Positions 10,308 to 20,698 of a stretch of DNA of 64,000 nucleotides are shown here, one piece after another (the stretch's first letter is position 1; the number at the start of each line of letters is the position of its first letter). This DNA is from Escherichia phage 241Ecol014PP, in sequence record OR062943.1. The stretch is one strand, 5' to 3'. Below the pieces are notes generated by a model. That model was not told the origin of the DNA and searched no databases. It was given only the letters and a program-made list of their open reading frames with translations. The translations under genes and the position numbers were made by a program.

Positions 10308-11354
10308 GTGATGACTAAACCAGTTATCCCTCTTGATATTTGGGCCAATCAGGATGTTGTGCTTGAAAATACGGGAGAGTTGAATAAGTCTCAACCAAAA
10401 AAAGAAGAGAGATTGAAAGGTTGGGATATGACACAAAGAGTGGCATGTGAAGTTGTTAACTTTGAACTTCACATGCTTTCTGCGTGGTTAAAGCATTTAA
10501 CAGAAGATGTTGTCCCAGGATGGGATAATAGATTCTTAAGGGTCACTAATAATCTAGCAGACGTTCCAGACAAAGCTGCTGCACGTCAAGTTCTCAATGT
10601 ATACTCGCCTGAAGAAATGGACGATCTGTATGTTGACAAGTCTGGAGACATAATGACTCAGACTCAAACTTTAGGCCTTCAAAGAATCGAGTTTGCATCT
10701 GCGTCAACAGACAATGCGGCAATATATACCACCATAACTCCAGACAAGACGACGATGGACTTCTGGATTATGGACAACATCGGTGGTGCTGACGGCACAG
10801 ACCTTGATGATCCTTCTCACCAAATAGACGGGTTCCGTTGGAGATTTCAACCTTCTGGTGGGCAGCCTGTGTTTTCGGCTATGAAGCTCAATGCTATAAC
10901 TGCCAACCGTGCAAGACTGGCTATCCAAGGAAATCTTGAATGCAACGATGCAAAAAGTTCCTCTGCAAATGCCAATGCGGTCACGATACCAAGAGCCACT
11001 GTTAACGGACAACAATCCTGCGGAAGCGCTCAAATAGGTGGAAGAGTTGATTGTAACGATGAAACCGTTAGAGGCCAATATGCAACCGTTGGTGGAAGAA
11101 ACGTGGTCCGCAGGGTAAACGGTAACAGCGCAGACGGTAGTGGTAACCTTACTGTCCCTATGCCCAGTAGAGGGGTTGACGATGTAAGGATAGCGAACCG
11201 TTTCAAAACCACCTACAGAGAGTCAAGAGTCTACCCTGGACATGTGATGTGCTCTGGTAACTACGCTTATAAACACCCTTATCAAGGTGATTACTGGACA
11301 GGTGCTATCCAAAAACTTGTAAACGGTCAATGGATCACTATATCTTATGCTTAA
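10308..11354 (+). CDS. tail fibre protein, paralogue B
   Basis: 348 aa; likely ATG at 10311 after AGGAGAA; homologous end-to-end with 8256-9296, identical C-terminal QKLVNGQWIT motif. Confidence 0.55.
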   Translation: MMTKPVIPLDIWANQDVVLENTGELNKSQPKKEERLKGWDMTQRVACEVVNFELHMLSAWLKHLTEDVVPGWDNRFLRVTNNLADVPDKAAARQVLNVYSPEEMDDLYVDKSGDIMTQTQTLGLQRIEFASASTDNAAIYTTITPDKTTMDFWIMDNIGGADGTDLDDPSHQIDGFRWRFQPSGGQPVFSAMKLNAITANRARLAIQGNLECNDAKSSSANANAVTIPRATVNGQQSCGSAQIGGRVDCNDETVRGQYATVGGRNVVRRVNGNSADGSGNLTVPMPSRGVDDVRIANRFKTTYRESRVYPGHVMCSGNYAYKHPYQGDYWTGAIQKLVNGQWITISYA

Positions 11355-11365
11355 AAAGAGGGTAA

Positions 11366-11632
11366 ATGAAACTAACTCAGTTTTTATGGGGACTGGTTGC
11401 GGCATCTGATGACCCTACGAAAGTATCCCAATCTAAGCTATGGTCGAACATAGGCATGGCGGTGATGACTGGGGTGTTTATTCATATGGGGTATAATGAT
11501 ACGCTTCCTGAATGGTATGCGTGGATATATGCACCTTCAGTAGCCTGCCCCCAGCTTATTAGCAAATTCATCTCGCTCCGGTGGGGTTGCCAGCACCCTG
11601 ACCACGTTAAAAACGAAGAGCAAAAAGCTTAA
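11366..11632 (+). CDS. small membrane protein
   Basis: 88 aa with two hydrophobic segments; RBS GAGGG present. Confidence 0.35.
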   Translation: MKLTQFLWGLVAASDDPTKVSQSKLWSNIGMAVMTGVFIHMGYNDTLPEWYAWIYAPSVACPQLISKFISLRWGCQHPDHVKNEEQKA

Positions 11633-11641
11633 GGAGAAATC

Positions 11642-13387
11642 ATGGCGCAAGACATGACAAGCTTCGAGCAGGCGGTAGATCAAGTAATTGTTGATTCTGA
11701 ACGTTTGCACTTGATTGTCAACGGTAACGCTGTGGATGAAGTTGTCGTAGAGGATGGGACCACTATCCCTACGGTACGAAAAGCCATGCTTGACACCCTT
11801 TATTTTAAAACGCCACCAATCCCTTGGGCGTATGGTGCATCCACAACAGTTTTTAACCAGTTGTATGAGTTTAAAGGGGATACAGGCACTCAGTGGTGGT
11901 ACGCCCCAGCAGCATCAAAATCTAACCCGGTTAGAATGCCAGCAGATCCTTCACAATCTCCAAACTGGAGATTATACACCGACTCTGCAGTAATGGCAAA
12001 ATACTACGCAAAACTTAACAGCCCAAGGTTCGAAGGTGACCCGCGAGTACCTACACCTCCAATGGACGATAAGTCAGAGTCCATAGCAAACACAGAGTTT
12101 GTTGTTGACTATGTTGATAGCATATTTAAAGCCATGGAGGGGATGAAAGTTACTGTAGGATCTTTGGTGGTAAAAGGTCTTACAGAACTCGCTAACACTA
12201 TAGTTGGTGGCACCCTTACCTTACATGGACCTGTTAATGGGGCAGATTCTACTGCACGCTTTAGGAATCTAATCCTCACGGCAAATACTTCTACACTTAC
12301 TTTTGCGTGGAGCGATCCTAAGCATGCAGACTGGAGAAGTACAGAGCTGCAACCTCATGAAGTGTCCACCCACAGGGTTATAGCTGACACTATAACTTCT
12401 GGGAAACCAGTGGCTAATAATAACGATGTGCATTTTGATGGTCTGGGTAATAACTTTTTTGACTACGTGTACATTCGTGGTAATGCCATGAAGGCAGCAA
12501 CCGAGCCGACATTGCAGGTCGATGGGACCGCCAGGGTTAAGAACCTTGAGGTGACAGGCACCGTTACAGGGATAACATACTCTGTCGATGGCACCATGAT
12601 CTACCCTAGCTATATTGAAAGCACGGGTGATGCATTGATAAATGGCGATTTGGAGGTTGGCGGATCTGTAGTTATTCGAGGTACAGCCTCTATCCAAAAC
12701 ATAGCTCTGAATACCCTAAGAGTCAATGAGCGTGCAACTTTTGAAGGGGAAGGACTTACAGCCAACAAAGGTGTAATTACCGAGCTGACAACCACTACTT
12801 TAACTGCAACAACTGCAAACTCTGAAAACTGCAACGTTACCAGAAACTTGCAGGTAAATGGAGATGTTAGTTTAAACGCAGCAGGGACGGGCACCACCTA
12901 CCTTCACAACCTTGAAATATCCGGCACAGTGACTGGGTGGCTGCCAGACTTCTCTAATGTCAACTTTGTTTGTAATGGCATTAACTCCAGTGGCAAGATA
13001 ACCACCTCTCAAGAAATTGAGGCGGGTAAAACCATTACTGCCCCTACTTTCCACGCAGGAAAGGTAGATTTTGATTTAGAGGAGGTTGACGCGTCCAGTG
13101 GGACATGGACACCTAACGGGCAGGCCAGTATGTATGTTGTCCACGCGAAAGGGGATTTTACAATAGGACAATGGCCTGGGACATCAGCGGAAGATAAACC
13201 TTATCCATTCACTGCAGTTATCTATGTCATTCAGGATGCTGTAGGTCACAACGTGACTTTGCACGATAAGTATGCTATCCTGTCGGCAACACCTGTTATT
13301 AACAACAAGGCTAACAGTGTTACCTTGCTGCAATTAACGTATTGTGGTGTTGGTGATATTGTAGACGTAGTAATTGCACAACGTTAA
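11642..13387 (+). CDS. tail fibre / tail spike-like protein
   Basis: 581 aa, Thr/Gly/Asn-rich beta-helix-like repeats (LTATTANSEN.., GTGTTYLHNLEISGTVTG). Confidence 0.45.
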   Translation: MAQDMTSFEQAVDQVIVDSERLHLIVNGNAVDEVVVEDGTTIPTVRKAMLDTLYFKTPPIPWAYGASTTVFNQLYEFKGDTGTQWWYAPAASKSNPVRMPADPSQSPNWRLYTDSAVMAKYYAKLNSPRFEGDPRVPTPPMDDKSESIANTEFVVDYVDSIFKAMEGMKVTVGSLVVKGLTELANTIVGGTLTLHGPVNGADSTARFRNLILTANTSTLTFAWSDPKHADWRSTELQPHEVSTHRVIADTITSGKPVANNNDVHFDGLGNNFFDYVYIRGNAMKAATEPTLQVDGTARVKNLEVTGTVTGITYSVDGTMIYPSYIESTGDALINGDLEVGGSVVIRGTASIQNIALNTLRVNERATFEGEGLTANKGVITELTTTTLTATTANSENCNVTRNLQVNGDVSLNAAGTGTTYLHNLEISGTVTGWLPDFSNVNFVCNGINSSGKITTSQEIEAGKTITAPTFHAGKVDFDLEEVDASSGTWTPNGQASMYVVHAKGDFTIGQWPGTSAEDKPYPFTAVIYVIQDAVGHNVTLHDKYAILSATPVINNKANSVTLLQLTYCGVGDIVDVVIAQR

Positions 13388-13396
13388 TATATCTAA

Positions 13397-13421
13397 CCGC
13401 TCCTGACGGGGCGGTTTTCTT
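13397..13421 (+). terminator. rho-independent terminator
   Basis: hairpin CCGCTCC-TGAC-GGGGCGG then TTTTCTT. Confidence 0.55.
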
Positions 13422-13435
13422 ATCTGGAGAACACA

Positions 13436-16400
13436 ATGCTTCCAATCCCTTTGCTAAAACTTGGTCGTCATTTCCTCGATAAGAGGGGTGGAATTAAGGA
13501 ACTTGCTGTTCTGTCATACCCAATAGACAACAGTGATGGTACAAGCAACACAGTATCCTATGTAAATAGCTTAGCTATACTTTTTGATGATGGTCAGCTT
13601 AATATTACTGGCTATAATAGGTTCGGAGAGTGTCGGACTGGAGATCTTGATACAATAAACTATCCTAATGAGGCTGCCTGGAACGTTGATCATGTGTGGA
13701 GAGCAGACCGTGCGTTTGTGATCCGAACTTTTGATAACCAGTTTTTCTACATCGGCTGCACTGCAGGGCTTATTGGGTCTGATGCTGCAGGCGGTAATGA
13801 TGTTTGTGTAAGAGAGTGGACACCTCTTCCTGAACAGATCGTTAAAGGGTTGCACCTTGACACCCACCCAGAGCGCCTTATTGAGGTGATGGGTGGTATT
13901 AACAACACTGTCTGGGTTATTGCAGAGGCAGAAGGCACTGGCATACTTAACCTGTATGGATCTGGTAACAACACCTACGGATCTTTGCATGTAGATAAAA
14001 ACCAGCATGCAACCCCTGTAAAGATTGGTGAGACATCGGAAAATCCTGAAACAGGCCCTTGGAAAAACCCAAGCATCAACTGTGAGGTGCATGACAACTC
14101 TGTTATTTTCGGTGGTCCTAGGGGTTTCTGGATTGCTGGATACGACTTTCTAAGAAATAACAGTAGAAACGACCTTGTTTGGCCTCCTGTGCAGATTACT
14201 CGTAACGATTTGAGAGGCATTCCTGCAGATGAGGAGTGGAAAGGGTTTATGTGCGGTCCTAACGGGGCAATAATTGCCACACAGAGGATGCACACACCTA
14301 ATGACCAGCAGCTTGTTAACGTATTCTACGGGCAAGACGTTTGGGGAGATGACACATGGCGTTCCTTAAATATCACCTACACCCATGAGGTGATAATGGC
14401 TCGTGGATACGGCACAAGTGGCATTTTCTTCAATAATGGCACTAAACAGTATCGTGGATTCTCTCGCAACTTGTGTAATGATATTGGTGCACAATCTGCA
14501 AACAATAGCCCTAGGGCTAATTTTATCCACTATCAGGCTCTTGCTACAGCTAAATATGTTGAGCAACGCCTGCCAGTTAGCTGGACAGAGAGTGTTTATT
14601 TCCAAGGCATCCACAGGGAAGGTTTCTTAGGAACCTTTACTGTTGTTAATGGCAAACTTTGGTGGTCAGGCATCCCAAGGGGAAGTTTTGCAGGCTCTAA
14701 CAACCTGTTTGGCGGCAGACTTAATAGCCAGGGGTTCACAGAGGTTCCTGAGAATTGGTATAAAAATGTCCCGGTAGATAGTTGGGGTGTTGATGATATT
14801 TTCGACGTTAACGGTGTTAGCAGCGTTAGCAATATTTACATTGGTGACACGGTCAAGATGAAATTGAAGCCTCAGCCAGAGGGGGCTACGTTCATTATTG
14901 ACAAGATTGAACTGGTAAATGCTGCAGGCACGGTTGTTACAGATGCAAATTACCAATTCTCCACCAACTGGAACCACGGCGGGGCCAACGAAGTTGTTGT
15001 TACCCAATATAACAGAAATGTTAACAGACGTGGACTGTACTCTGTAAAAATAACCTATCATGACAAACATGGCACAGGCAGAACCCACACAACAAGGACT
15101 TTGAACTGGAACACTATCGTCCCAGCGTACCCGTCTGATGGTAAATGGCATACTGTCGGTAGAAACAAACAGTTCCATGTTAATGATACTGTATACTTTG
15201 GGCTGAATGCGGCTCAGCCTGCAGTAGAAGGGGATACATCGTATATGGTCAGACTCCACAGAATGGATGCTGGATCAGTAACTTATGATGTTACCCAAGA
15301 GATTTATAATCAGCGACGAAATACCTATGATAACTTGGTGCAGACACAGGCCTTATGGGAGTTCAACCCAAACGGCAGAGGTGGTAAAATGTTGCAGGTC
15401 AATGAACAAAACGGGACATCGTTGACTGTCCATGAACATCCAAATCCTTGGCCTGATCCTGGAAAACCTAACTCTGGTGCTCGTACACTGAAAATTGTTA
15501 GCCATGATGCAGGATATTTCGGAATACGCTGGGAAGCCACAGTAAGATATGCCGACGGGACAACAAACAATATAGGGATCACCCTTGGTGGCACTAGTGA
15601 GGATAACTCACTGAAAATTGCCTACACCCCTAGAGGCATCTCTATTGACAATATGGATGTTGTTCGCAACGGTTACGGCGATGTGAATGTCAAAGTTACT
15701 CTTGGCGAACATCTTGGTGGGGAAAGGATCATCATGTATGCCTTTGATCATGATCCGCGCACCAATGGGACTTATGCAAATCAGGCATGGAGTTATCTGA
15801 TAAATGCACCTGAGCCGAATACTAAAGAGTTCTACTACGGTATGAAGCGAGATGTGTGCAAGAAAACAGGAACACATGACTGGATTGCTATCTGCGTTAA
15901 AGATGAGCGCACAGCTTGGGATGAGCCTGTTAACAGATGGTTCATAGGTATTCCTACCAGAAGTGATAAGTATGTCGCAGAATATATTGTATGCATGGGC
16001 GGTACCAACCTAAACATGTGTTGGAACGAAGATGTAAACAAATACTCTGATTATGACTATATGAGGGATTACTCTTGTAATTTGTGGTTTAACCAAACTA
16101 CAGGTTACCCTCCGCGTCAGGCAAGGGTAAATCCTGCAATCTTTACAGATACGCAGGTTTTCTTGACAAAACAGGCCAACGAGGTCCAGACCTTCAAGAA
16201 CAAATACGACCCTAATAAGTGGTTCTATAACTGCTATGGGGCATTTTTCTGGGGACCTGGAGAATTACCTGGTGGTGGCTCTTGTTTTGAGGCTGCAACT
16301 TACGCCAGTGACAGATTTATGGGCCAGGTCAAGAAATACAAGATAATTCCAGGGCCTGAAACTTTAGGCAACGCTGTCGACCCCTATATCATCATGAGTG

Positions 16401-19072
16401 ATCTAAGATCGAACATGGATGGAACATCCATATCTATGCAAGTTCCGGTAACAAACGGATACAAGCGTGTTGTGATGATCATTAAGTGCGATCTGATAGG
16501 TAAGCAAGTTCTTGCAGAGAACGGAACTTCCACCCACCTATTTGAGACTGCTCTGCACTATCAGTTTGCTGATTCACCTTTTGCAGGGGATAAGAGAATA
16601 TCTGACACAGACGCTGTGCGATGCAAGAAATTTATGCTAGGTGGTGGGTGGTGGTGGTATGAATTTGACTTAACAGACAAATTCACCGACACGTCTAAAG
16701 TAGTGACGGGGCTTCGTCTAGACCTTGGCGAAAACATGCACAAAAGTGTTTGTGATGGCACCTACGGTGACCCAACAATCTACTTAAAGTATGTCTCTTT
16801 TGAGCACCCAGAGGATGTTGTTTATGGTCCAAAACTGAGACTGTTTGGCAATTGGATTGCTAAAGACAGGGTAGGTATGGGCAAGAAGGTAAGAGGCTTC
16901 TTAATGGATGCCGGTACAGAGGACATGCTAGTCAATGCAGTGTGGCCTGAATTACCTGGGACTCAGTGGAACAACTCAGCCAAATCTATAAACTGGTTCA
17001 ATATCCACAGGGCTATGTGGACAACCAACTGTTACCTGTGGAAAGAGCTGAATGACGGCGCTTTCGGGTTCACAGGCGGCAGAAGAATGGCAATCATTTG
17101 CTGGACAACGTTGCAAAGATGTTATGACCATGACTACGAGATTGGAGGTAGGGCATGGAAAAATATTAGGGATAGAATCATAACCAACTTTGCAGATCCT
17201 AACGGTGGTGGAGCGTATGGCTTCGACTGCAGCAGGCTCATCCATTTGAACGGATCCTCTGCCTACAAGAAAGAAGGTTACTCTGGGTCTATGATAGAAT
17301 GGGGCCTGGTGAAAGATGCTCGCGTGCTGATGGGTCAACAACTTGCTGCTGCAATAGGTCCTAATGCAGTGCAATCTGTTAAACCTGCGTGGTTTGATAT
17401 CCCATTGTGGTCATCCGGTACACCAGGAACTGCTGCAATCAACCCTACCACGGGGGATCTGGAAATCTCTTGGGAGGACTTGAAGCAGGTTGGAGGCTGG
17501 GATAAAACAGGGTATCAGGTCCAGTGGTGGAGGGCTGATGGATCTTTAGCCGCTGATGAGTTTGTTAAGGACAATTTCTACACCATGTCCTCTGCAAAAG
17601 CACAGCAATTATTTGGTCAGGCCACTCCGTCAACGATCACCATGTCTATGTGCTGTAAAGACAACAGGACTGGAGCTTTGGGGCCAAGGGTTGCTAAGGT
17701 TTTCTCAGGTATTAAATGGAATCTCCCTGTTCAAAGTGTTTCATGGAAGCAAATAGGTGATAACAAGCTGCTGGTTACCCCTGCCTGTCAGTTCAACGCA
17801 ACTCTTAACGTTGATCCTGCTGTTGCGGCAAACTCAGCTAAAGCTTCTGACTTCTCTGTGTCTAACACTGCTATGGCAGATGTGAGGAAGATTGACACAC
17901 TGAACGCCAGAATTACCTGTAAAAACACTTATGGCACATTCCAAATCATCAACAACTTCACAGATGCTGATTCTAAGGTAGTAAGGACAGCAAGCCAGAC
18001 TCTGAGTTTAGGGACTCTAGCCTATGCGGCCATGATCACCGAACAGTCGGCAACACTCCAAGGAGGCGGTGTAGGCAAGTCCATTGCAACACCTGTGTGG
18101 AAGCCGAATGAGTGGGTTGTGTTTGATTTGACTGTGGACTTCTCCAGTGATAATAACTGGACATGGGTAAGGAATTGTTTGTCACAGTTGATGGGCGGTC
18201 CAAGCTCCATTAGCGATAGTCACGACTCTACTGACCCGAGCGTGTTCCAGGTGGGTAAAACTCACCCAGAGACTGGAGAAACGTTGCCTGACAGGAAGTA
18301 TGCTTTGGTTTGCATCTCTTACGGGAAGGCAGATGTCACCTTCTCAGGGACACACACTTATAACGGAACCTACAACTTCTCAAGGAAGTATAGTCTCAAA
18401 GCAGGGAACATTGTAGACGAGGTTGGTGTGCTGTATAATCCAGGTAACGGCATAGGGATTGTGGGTGGTAAACTGCAGATGCAGGAACCTTCTATTACCC
18501 CTTCCAACGTATCCGGTATTAGAAAGACTTGGGAAAGTAGTAATACCAACATTGCAACAGTGGATGCTGCCACAGGGCTGGTAACATTTAAAGCTACTGG
18601 GAATGTCACCATAAAGTTTGTAGTTACTGATGATGCAGGGCGCAAAACGTCTTCAACATCTTTTACTGTCAAACAGATGGCACCACAGTGGAGAATGTGG
18701 ATAGGTACAGCAACAAACGGGGCATACCCTAATCCGGCAGGTACTTCTGGTATGAAGACTTTCTCTACAAGCAAACCGATGGAGTACGGCAGCGGTCCTA
18801 AGGTAGGGCAGATGGTGTACTTTGGTGCGTATATTCCTGAAATTATAGGGCTTCCTAGAAGTCAGCTTCAGTTGCTGTTTGGGGCTGGTGTTGACGATCT
18901 TGCCACTTTCGGGTATAGCGACAACATCGAGGCTGCAAGGAGTTCAGGATGGGTAGGGTTCAGAATGGAGTCTGGAAAGGAAGGCAGGATTCTAGGGACA
19001 GCCTCTATAGGTGTTATGTTCCCTGGTGACCAGCAGTATCGTCTAGAAGCCTACGCAACCTTTTCTCGTTAA
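13436..19072 (+). CDS. giant virion-associated adhesin-like protein with Big_2 Ig-like domain
   Basis: 1878-aa ORF; near C-terminus ITPSNVSGIRKTW..TGLVTFKATGNVTIKFVVTDDAGRKTSSTSFTVKQ fits bacterial Ig-like group 2 pattern. Confidence 0.5.
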   Translation: MLPIPLLKLGRHFLDKRGGIKELAVLSYPIDNSDGTSNTVSYVNSLAILFDDGQLNITGYNRFGECRTGDLDTINYPNEAAWNVDHVWRADRAFVIRTFDNQFFYIGCTAGLIGSDAAGGNDVCVREWTPLPEQIVKGLHLDTHPERLIEVMGGINNTVWVIAEAEGTGILNLYGSGNNTYGSLHVDKNQHATPVKIGETSENPETGPWKNPSINCEVHDNSVIFGGPRGFWIAGYDFLRNNSRNDLVWPPVQITRNDLRGIPADEEWKGFMCGPNGAIIATQRMHTPNDQQLVNVFYGQDVWGDDTWRSLNITYTHEVIMARGYGTSGIFFNNGTKQYRGFSRNLCNDIGAQSANNSPRANFIHYQALATAKYVEQRLPVSWTESVYFQGIHREGFLGTFTVVNGKLWWSGIPRGSFAGSNNLFGGRLNSQGFTEVPENWYKNVPVDSWGVDDIFDVNGVSSVSNIYIGDTVKMKLKPQPEGATFIIDKIELVNAAGTVVTDANYQFSTNWNHGGANEVVVTQYNRNVNRRGLYSVKITYHDKHGTGRTHTTRTLNWNTIVPAYPSDGKWHTVGRNKQFHVNDTVYFGLNAAQPAVEGDTSYMVRLHRMDAGSVTYDVTQEIYNQRRNTYDNLVQTQALWEFNPNGRGGKMLQVNEQNGTSLTVHEHPNPWPDPGKPNSGARTLKIVSHDAGYFGIRWEATVRYADGTTNNIGITLGGTSEDNSLKIAYTPRGISIDNMDVVRNGYGDVNVKVTLGEHLGGERIIMYAFDHDPRTNGTYANQAWSYLINAPEPNTKEFYYGMKRDVCKKTGTHDWIAICVKDERTAWDEPVNRWFIGIPTRSDKYVAEYIVCMGGTNLNMCWNEDVNKYSDYDYMRDYSCNLWFNQTTGYPPRQARVNPAIFTDTQVFLTKQANEVQTFKNKYDPNKWFYNCYGAFFWGPGELPGGGSCFEAATYASDRFMGQVKKYKIIPGPETLGNAVDPYIIMSDLRSNMDGTSISMQVPVTNGYKRVVMIIKCDLIGKQVLAENGTSTHLFETALHYQFADSPFAGDKRISDTDAVRCKKFMLGGGWWWYEFDLTDKFTDTSKVVTGLRLDLGENMHKSVCDGTYGDPTIYLKYVSFEHPEDVVYGPKLRLFGNWIAKDRVGMGKKVRGFLMDAGTEDMLVNAVWPELPGTQWNNSAKSINWFNIHRAMWTTNCYLWKELNDGAFGFTGGRRMAIICWTTLQRCYDHDYEIGGRAWKNIRDRIITNFADPNGGGAYGFDCSRLIHLNGSSAYKKEGYSGSMIEWGLVKDARVLMGQQLAAAIGPNAVQSVKPAWFDIPLWSSGTPGTAAINPTTGDLEISWEDLKQVGGWDKTGYQVQWWRADGSLAADEFVKDNFYTMSSAKAQQLFGQATPSTITMSMCCKDNRTGALGPRVAKVFSGIKWNLPVQSVSWKQIGDNKLLVTPACQFNATLNVDPAVAANSAKASDFSVSNTAMADVRKIDTLNARITCKNTYGTFQIINNFTDADSKVVRTASQTLSLGTLAYAAMITEQSATLQGGGVGKSIATPVWKPNEWVVFDLTVDFSSDNNWTWVRNCLSQLMGGPSSISDSHDSTDPSVFQVGKTHPETGETLPDRKYALVCISYGKADVTFSGTHTYNGTYNFSRKYSLKAGNIVDEVGVLYNPGNGIGIVGGKLQMQEPSITPSNVSGIRKTWESSNTNIATVDAATGLVTFKATGNVTIKFVVTDDAGRKTSSTSFTVKQMAPQWRMWIGTATNGAYPNPAGTSGMKTFSTSKPMEYGSGPKVGQMVYFGAYIPEIIGLPRSQLQLLFGAGVDDLATFGYSDNIEAARSSGWVGFRMESGKEGRILGTASIGVMFPGDQQYRLEAYATFSR

Positions 19073-19083
19073 CAAGGGGGTAA

Positions 19084-19116
19084 ATAAAAAAGGGGCCGTT
19101 TGGCCCCTTTCTTTTT
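19084..19116. terminator. bidirectional rho-independent terminator
   Basis: AAAAAA-AGGGGCC-GTTT-GGCCCCT-TTCTTTTT between convergent genes ending at 19072 (+) and 19121 (-). Confidence 0.75.
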
Positions 19117-19120
19117 ATAG

Positions 19121-19321
19121 TTAGTAATACTCCCAACATGCCCCATCTTCAGACGGCTTGACGCGCTTACCTTTATGGTCAACATAGGTATAGCCACAAC
19201 CTTCACAAATAACAGGTGCTGCATAGCCTTCCTTCCACTGATCCTCAGTGATCAGACCTTCCAAATCTTTGCAGTCAAAGCCAAACAACTCTTCAGAACA
19301 GTCTTTACAAAAATCAGCCAT
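19121..19321 (-). CDS. small Cys-rich putative zinc-binding protein
   Basis: 66 aa with CxxC...CxxC pairs. Confidence 0.4.
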   Translation of the reverse strand: MADFCKDCSEELFGFDCKDLEGLITEDQWKEGYAAPVICEGCGYTYVDHKGKRVKPSEDGACWEYY

Positions 19322-19390
19322 CTCTATCAGTCTCCATATTTAACCAATCTATATTACATATTGCCGAAGAAACAGTATTTCATTTCATCA

Positions 19391-19609
19391 TCACAGATCT
19401 CCAACAACTTCCCAAATACCCCAGTGAGCATCTATATCCTTGATAAAGTATCTTTCTCCACGGTTTGTCCACACACCTATCCCAACTTTACCATCTATCC
19501 CATTGTATACATCTGCCTCATACTCTTTGCCCGGTGTAAAGTGTACACCCATCATAAGGGCTGTTATTCCATTAGGATTTTTAAATTTAACAAATTTTAC
19601 TTTGCTCAT
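19391..19609 (-). CDS. hypothetical protein
   Basis: 72-aa ORF in co-directional minus-strand block. Confidence 0.4.
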   Translation of the reverse strand: MSKVKFVKFKNPNGITALMMGVHFTPGKEYEADVYNGIDGKVGIGVWTNRGERYFIKDIDAHWGIWEVVGDL

Positions 19610-19610
19610 A

Positions 19611-19940
19611 TTACTTAATCCTTGCAGTTACAGTAGCGCTATACCCCATGTAGTTATGAGACATAAAGAATGTAAGCCCTTTAAGTTCAGGATTCTTTCT
19701 AAGAAATCGTTTCAATTTTCGAATGCAATTAACACCATGATCATAGTTTGAGAAATTAAATTTAATACCCTGCTCCATCATAGTGCACACTTCTTCATGG
19801 GTATGCCATTGTCTATCGTGGTCACAAAACCAGTAACCAATACCTTCTTTTTCTTGGATATGCAATCCCCAAAATACTTTATGCATTGGATATTTTGGTT
19901 TTCTACCATGATAATGTAGTTTAATATTCACATGTGCCAT
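19611..19940 (-). CDS. hypothetical protein
   Basis: 109-aa ORF, stop-start coupled with downstream gene. Confidence 0.4.
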   Translation of the reverse strand: MAHVNIKLHYHGRKPKYPMHKVFWGLHIQEKEGIGYWFCDHDRQWHTHEEVCTMMEQGIKFNFSNYDHGVNCIRKLKRFLRKNPELKGLTFFMSHNYMGYSATVTARIK

Positions 19941-20111
19941 TTTTTTTTGTTACTCCGTTCTGTATCTGTGATAATGAGAATAGCAAACTGGGGTGTGTGC
20001 TGTCAACAACATTTTTAAGCGTTTTGGGGAAGTTTTTTGAAAGGTGGGTGTAATCACAAGAGAGGGTGGAGTTATTGAAGGCACAGGCCTCTTTTGAGGC
20101 CTTAAAATCGA

Positions 20112-20492
20112 TTATGACACTTTGACGTAGCGCTCTGACAGAGCTGGAAAGCCAAAAGCAGTACCTATACTACCGTATGCTACCCACCATTGAAGTTCAT
20201 CGTGACACCATTTTCCGATCAGGAAGGTGCTGGGGTAGCGGGTCAGTATTTTGGCATAAGCTTTAGGGTCTGCATCTTCTGGGATAATGATACTTGGAAC
20301 ATCTTTGTTATGGCCACAGCAGCAGTTTAGAGTTTTCAATCCTGCCGCCCATAGACTCATGATAGGCTTAGCCATGCACTTATCAAGGCACACACGTTTT
20401 TTGCCGTCACGGAGCTTTTTAGGCACATCAACGATAACATTTTGATGCTTGGCACCTTTCACTTTCCAATTATAGGATTTACACTTGCACAT
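20112..20492 (-). CDS. hypothetical Cys-rich protein
   Basis: 126-aa ORF. Confidence 0.4.
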   Translation of the reverse strand: MCKCKSYNWKVKGAKHQNVIVDVPKKLRDGKKRVCLDKCMAKPIMSLWAAGLKTLNCCCGHNKDVPSIIIPEDADPKAYAKILTRYPSTFLIGKWCHDELQWWVAYGSIGTAFGFPALSERYVKVS

Positions 20493-20522
20493 TTAATCAG
20501 TCTCCATCTAGAAAGTAATACT

Positions 20523-20693
20523 TTACTTAAAATCTTTGTCACCTATTACGATTGCACGAATCCACTCATTGTGATGTTCAATGGCGGTAAGGTGTAACAT
20601 AATGCAGTGATTGTCATTACCAAACACGGTGCGGTAAGCTTTAGCAGCACCATGATATAACTTCCACATCAGGTAATGATATCTTCGCCTCAT
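20523..20693 (-). CDS. small hypothetical protein (56 aa)
   Basis: ATG preceded by GGAG on minus strand; below the 60-aa track cutoff; found by eye. Confidence 0.25.
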   Translation of the reverse strand: MRRRYHYLMWKLYHGAAKAYRTVFGNDNHCIMLHLTAIEHHNEWIRAIVIGDKDFK

Positions 20694-20698
20694 GGCTC

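Noticed and set aside
8256-11354. Diversity-generating retroelement acting on the tail-fibre paralogues
   Set aside because: No reverse-transcriptase-like ORF (no YxDD motif) was seen anywhere in the window, and the paralogues differ throughout the centre rather than at adenine-specific positions of a short variable repeat
13571-15259. Minus-strand track ORFs (e.g. 13571-14092, 14666-15259) inside the 1878-aa gene, and similar antisense ORFs inside other long genes
   Set aside because: They lie fully within much longer sense-strand ORFs with coherent domain content; treated as antisense frame artefacts
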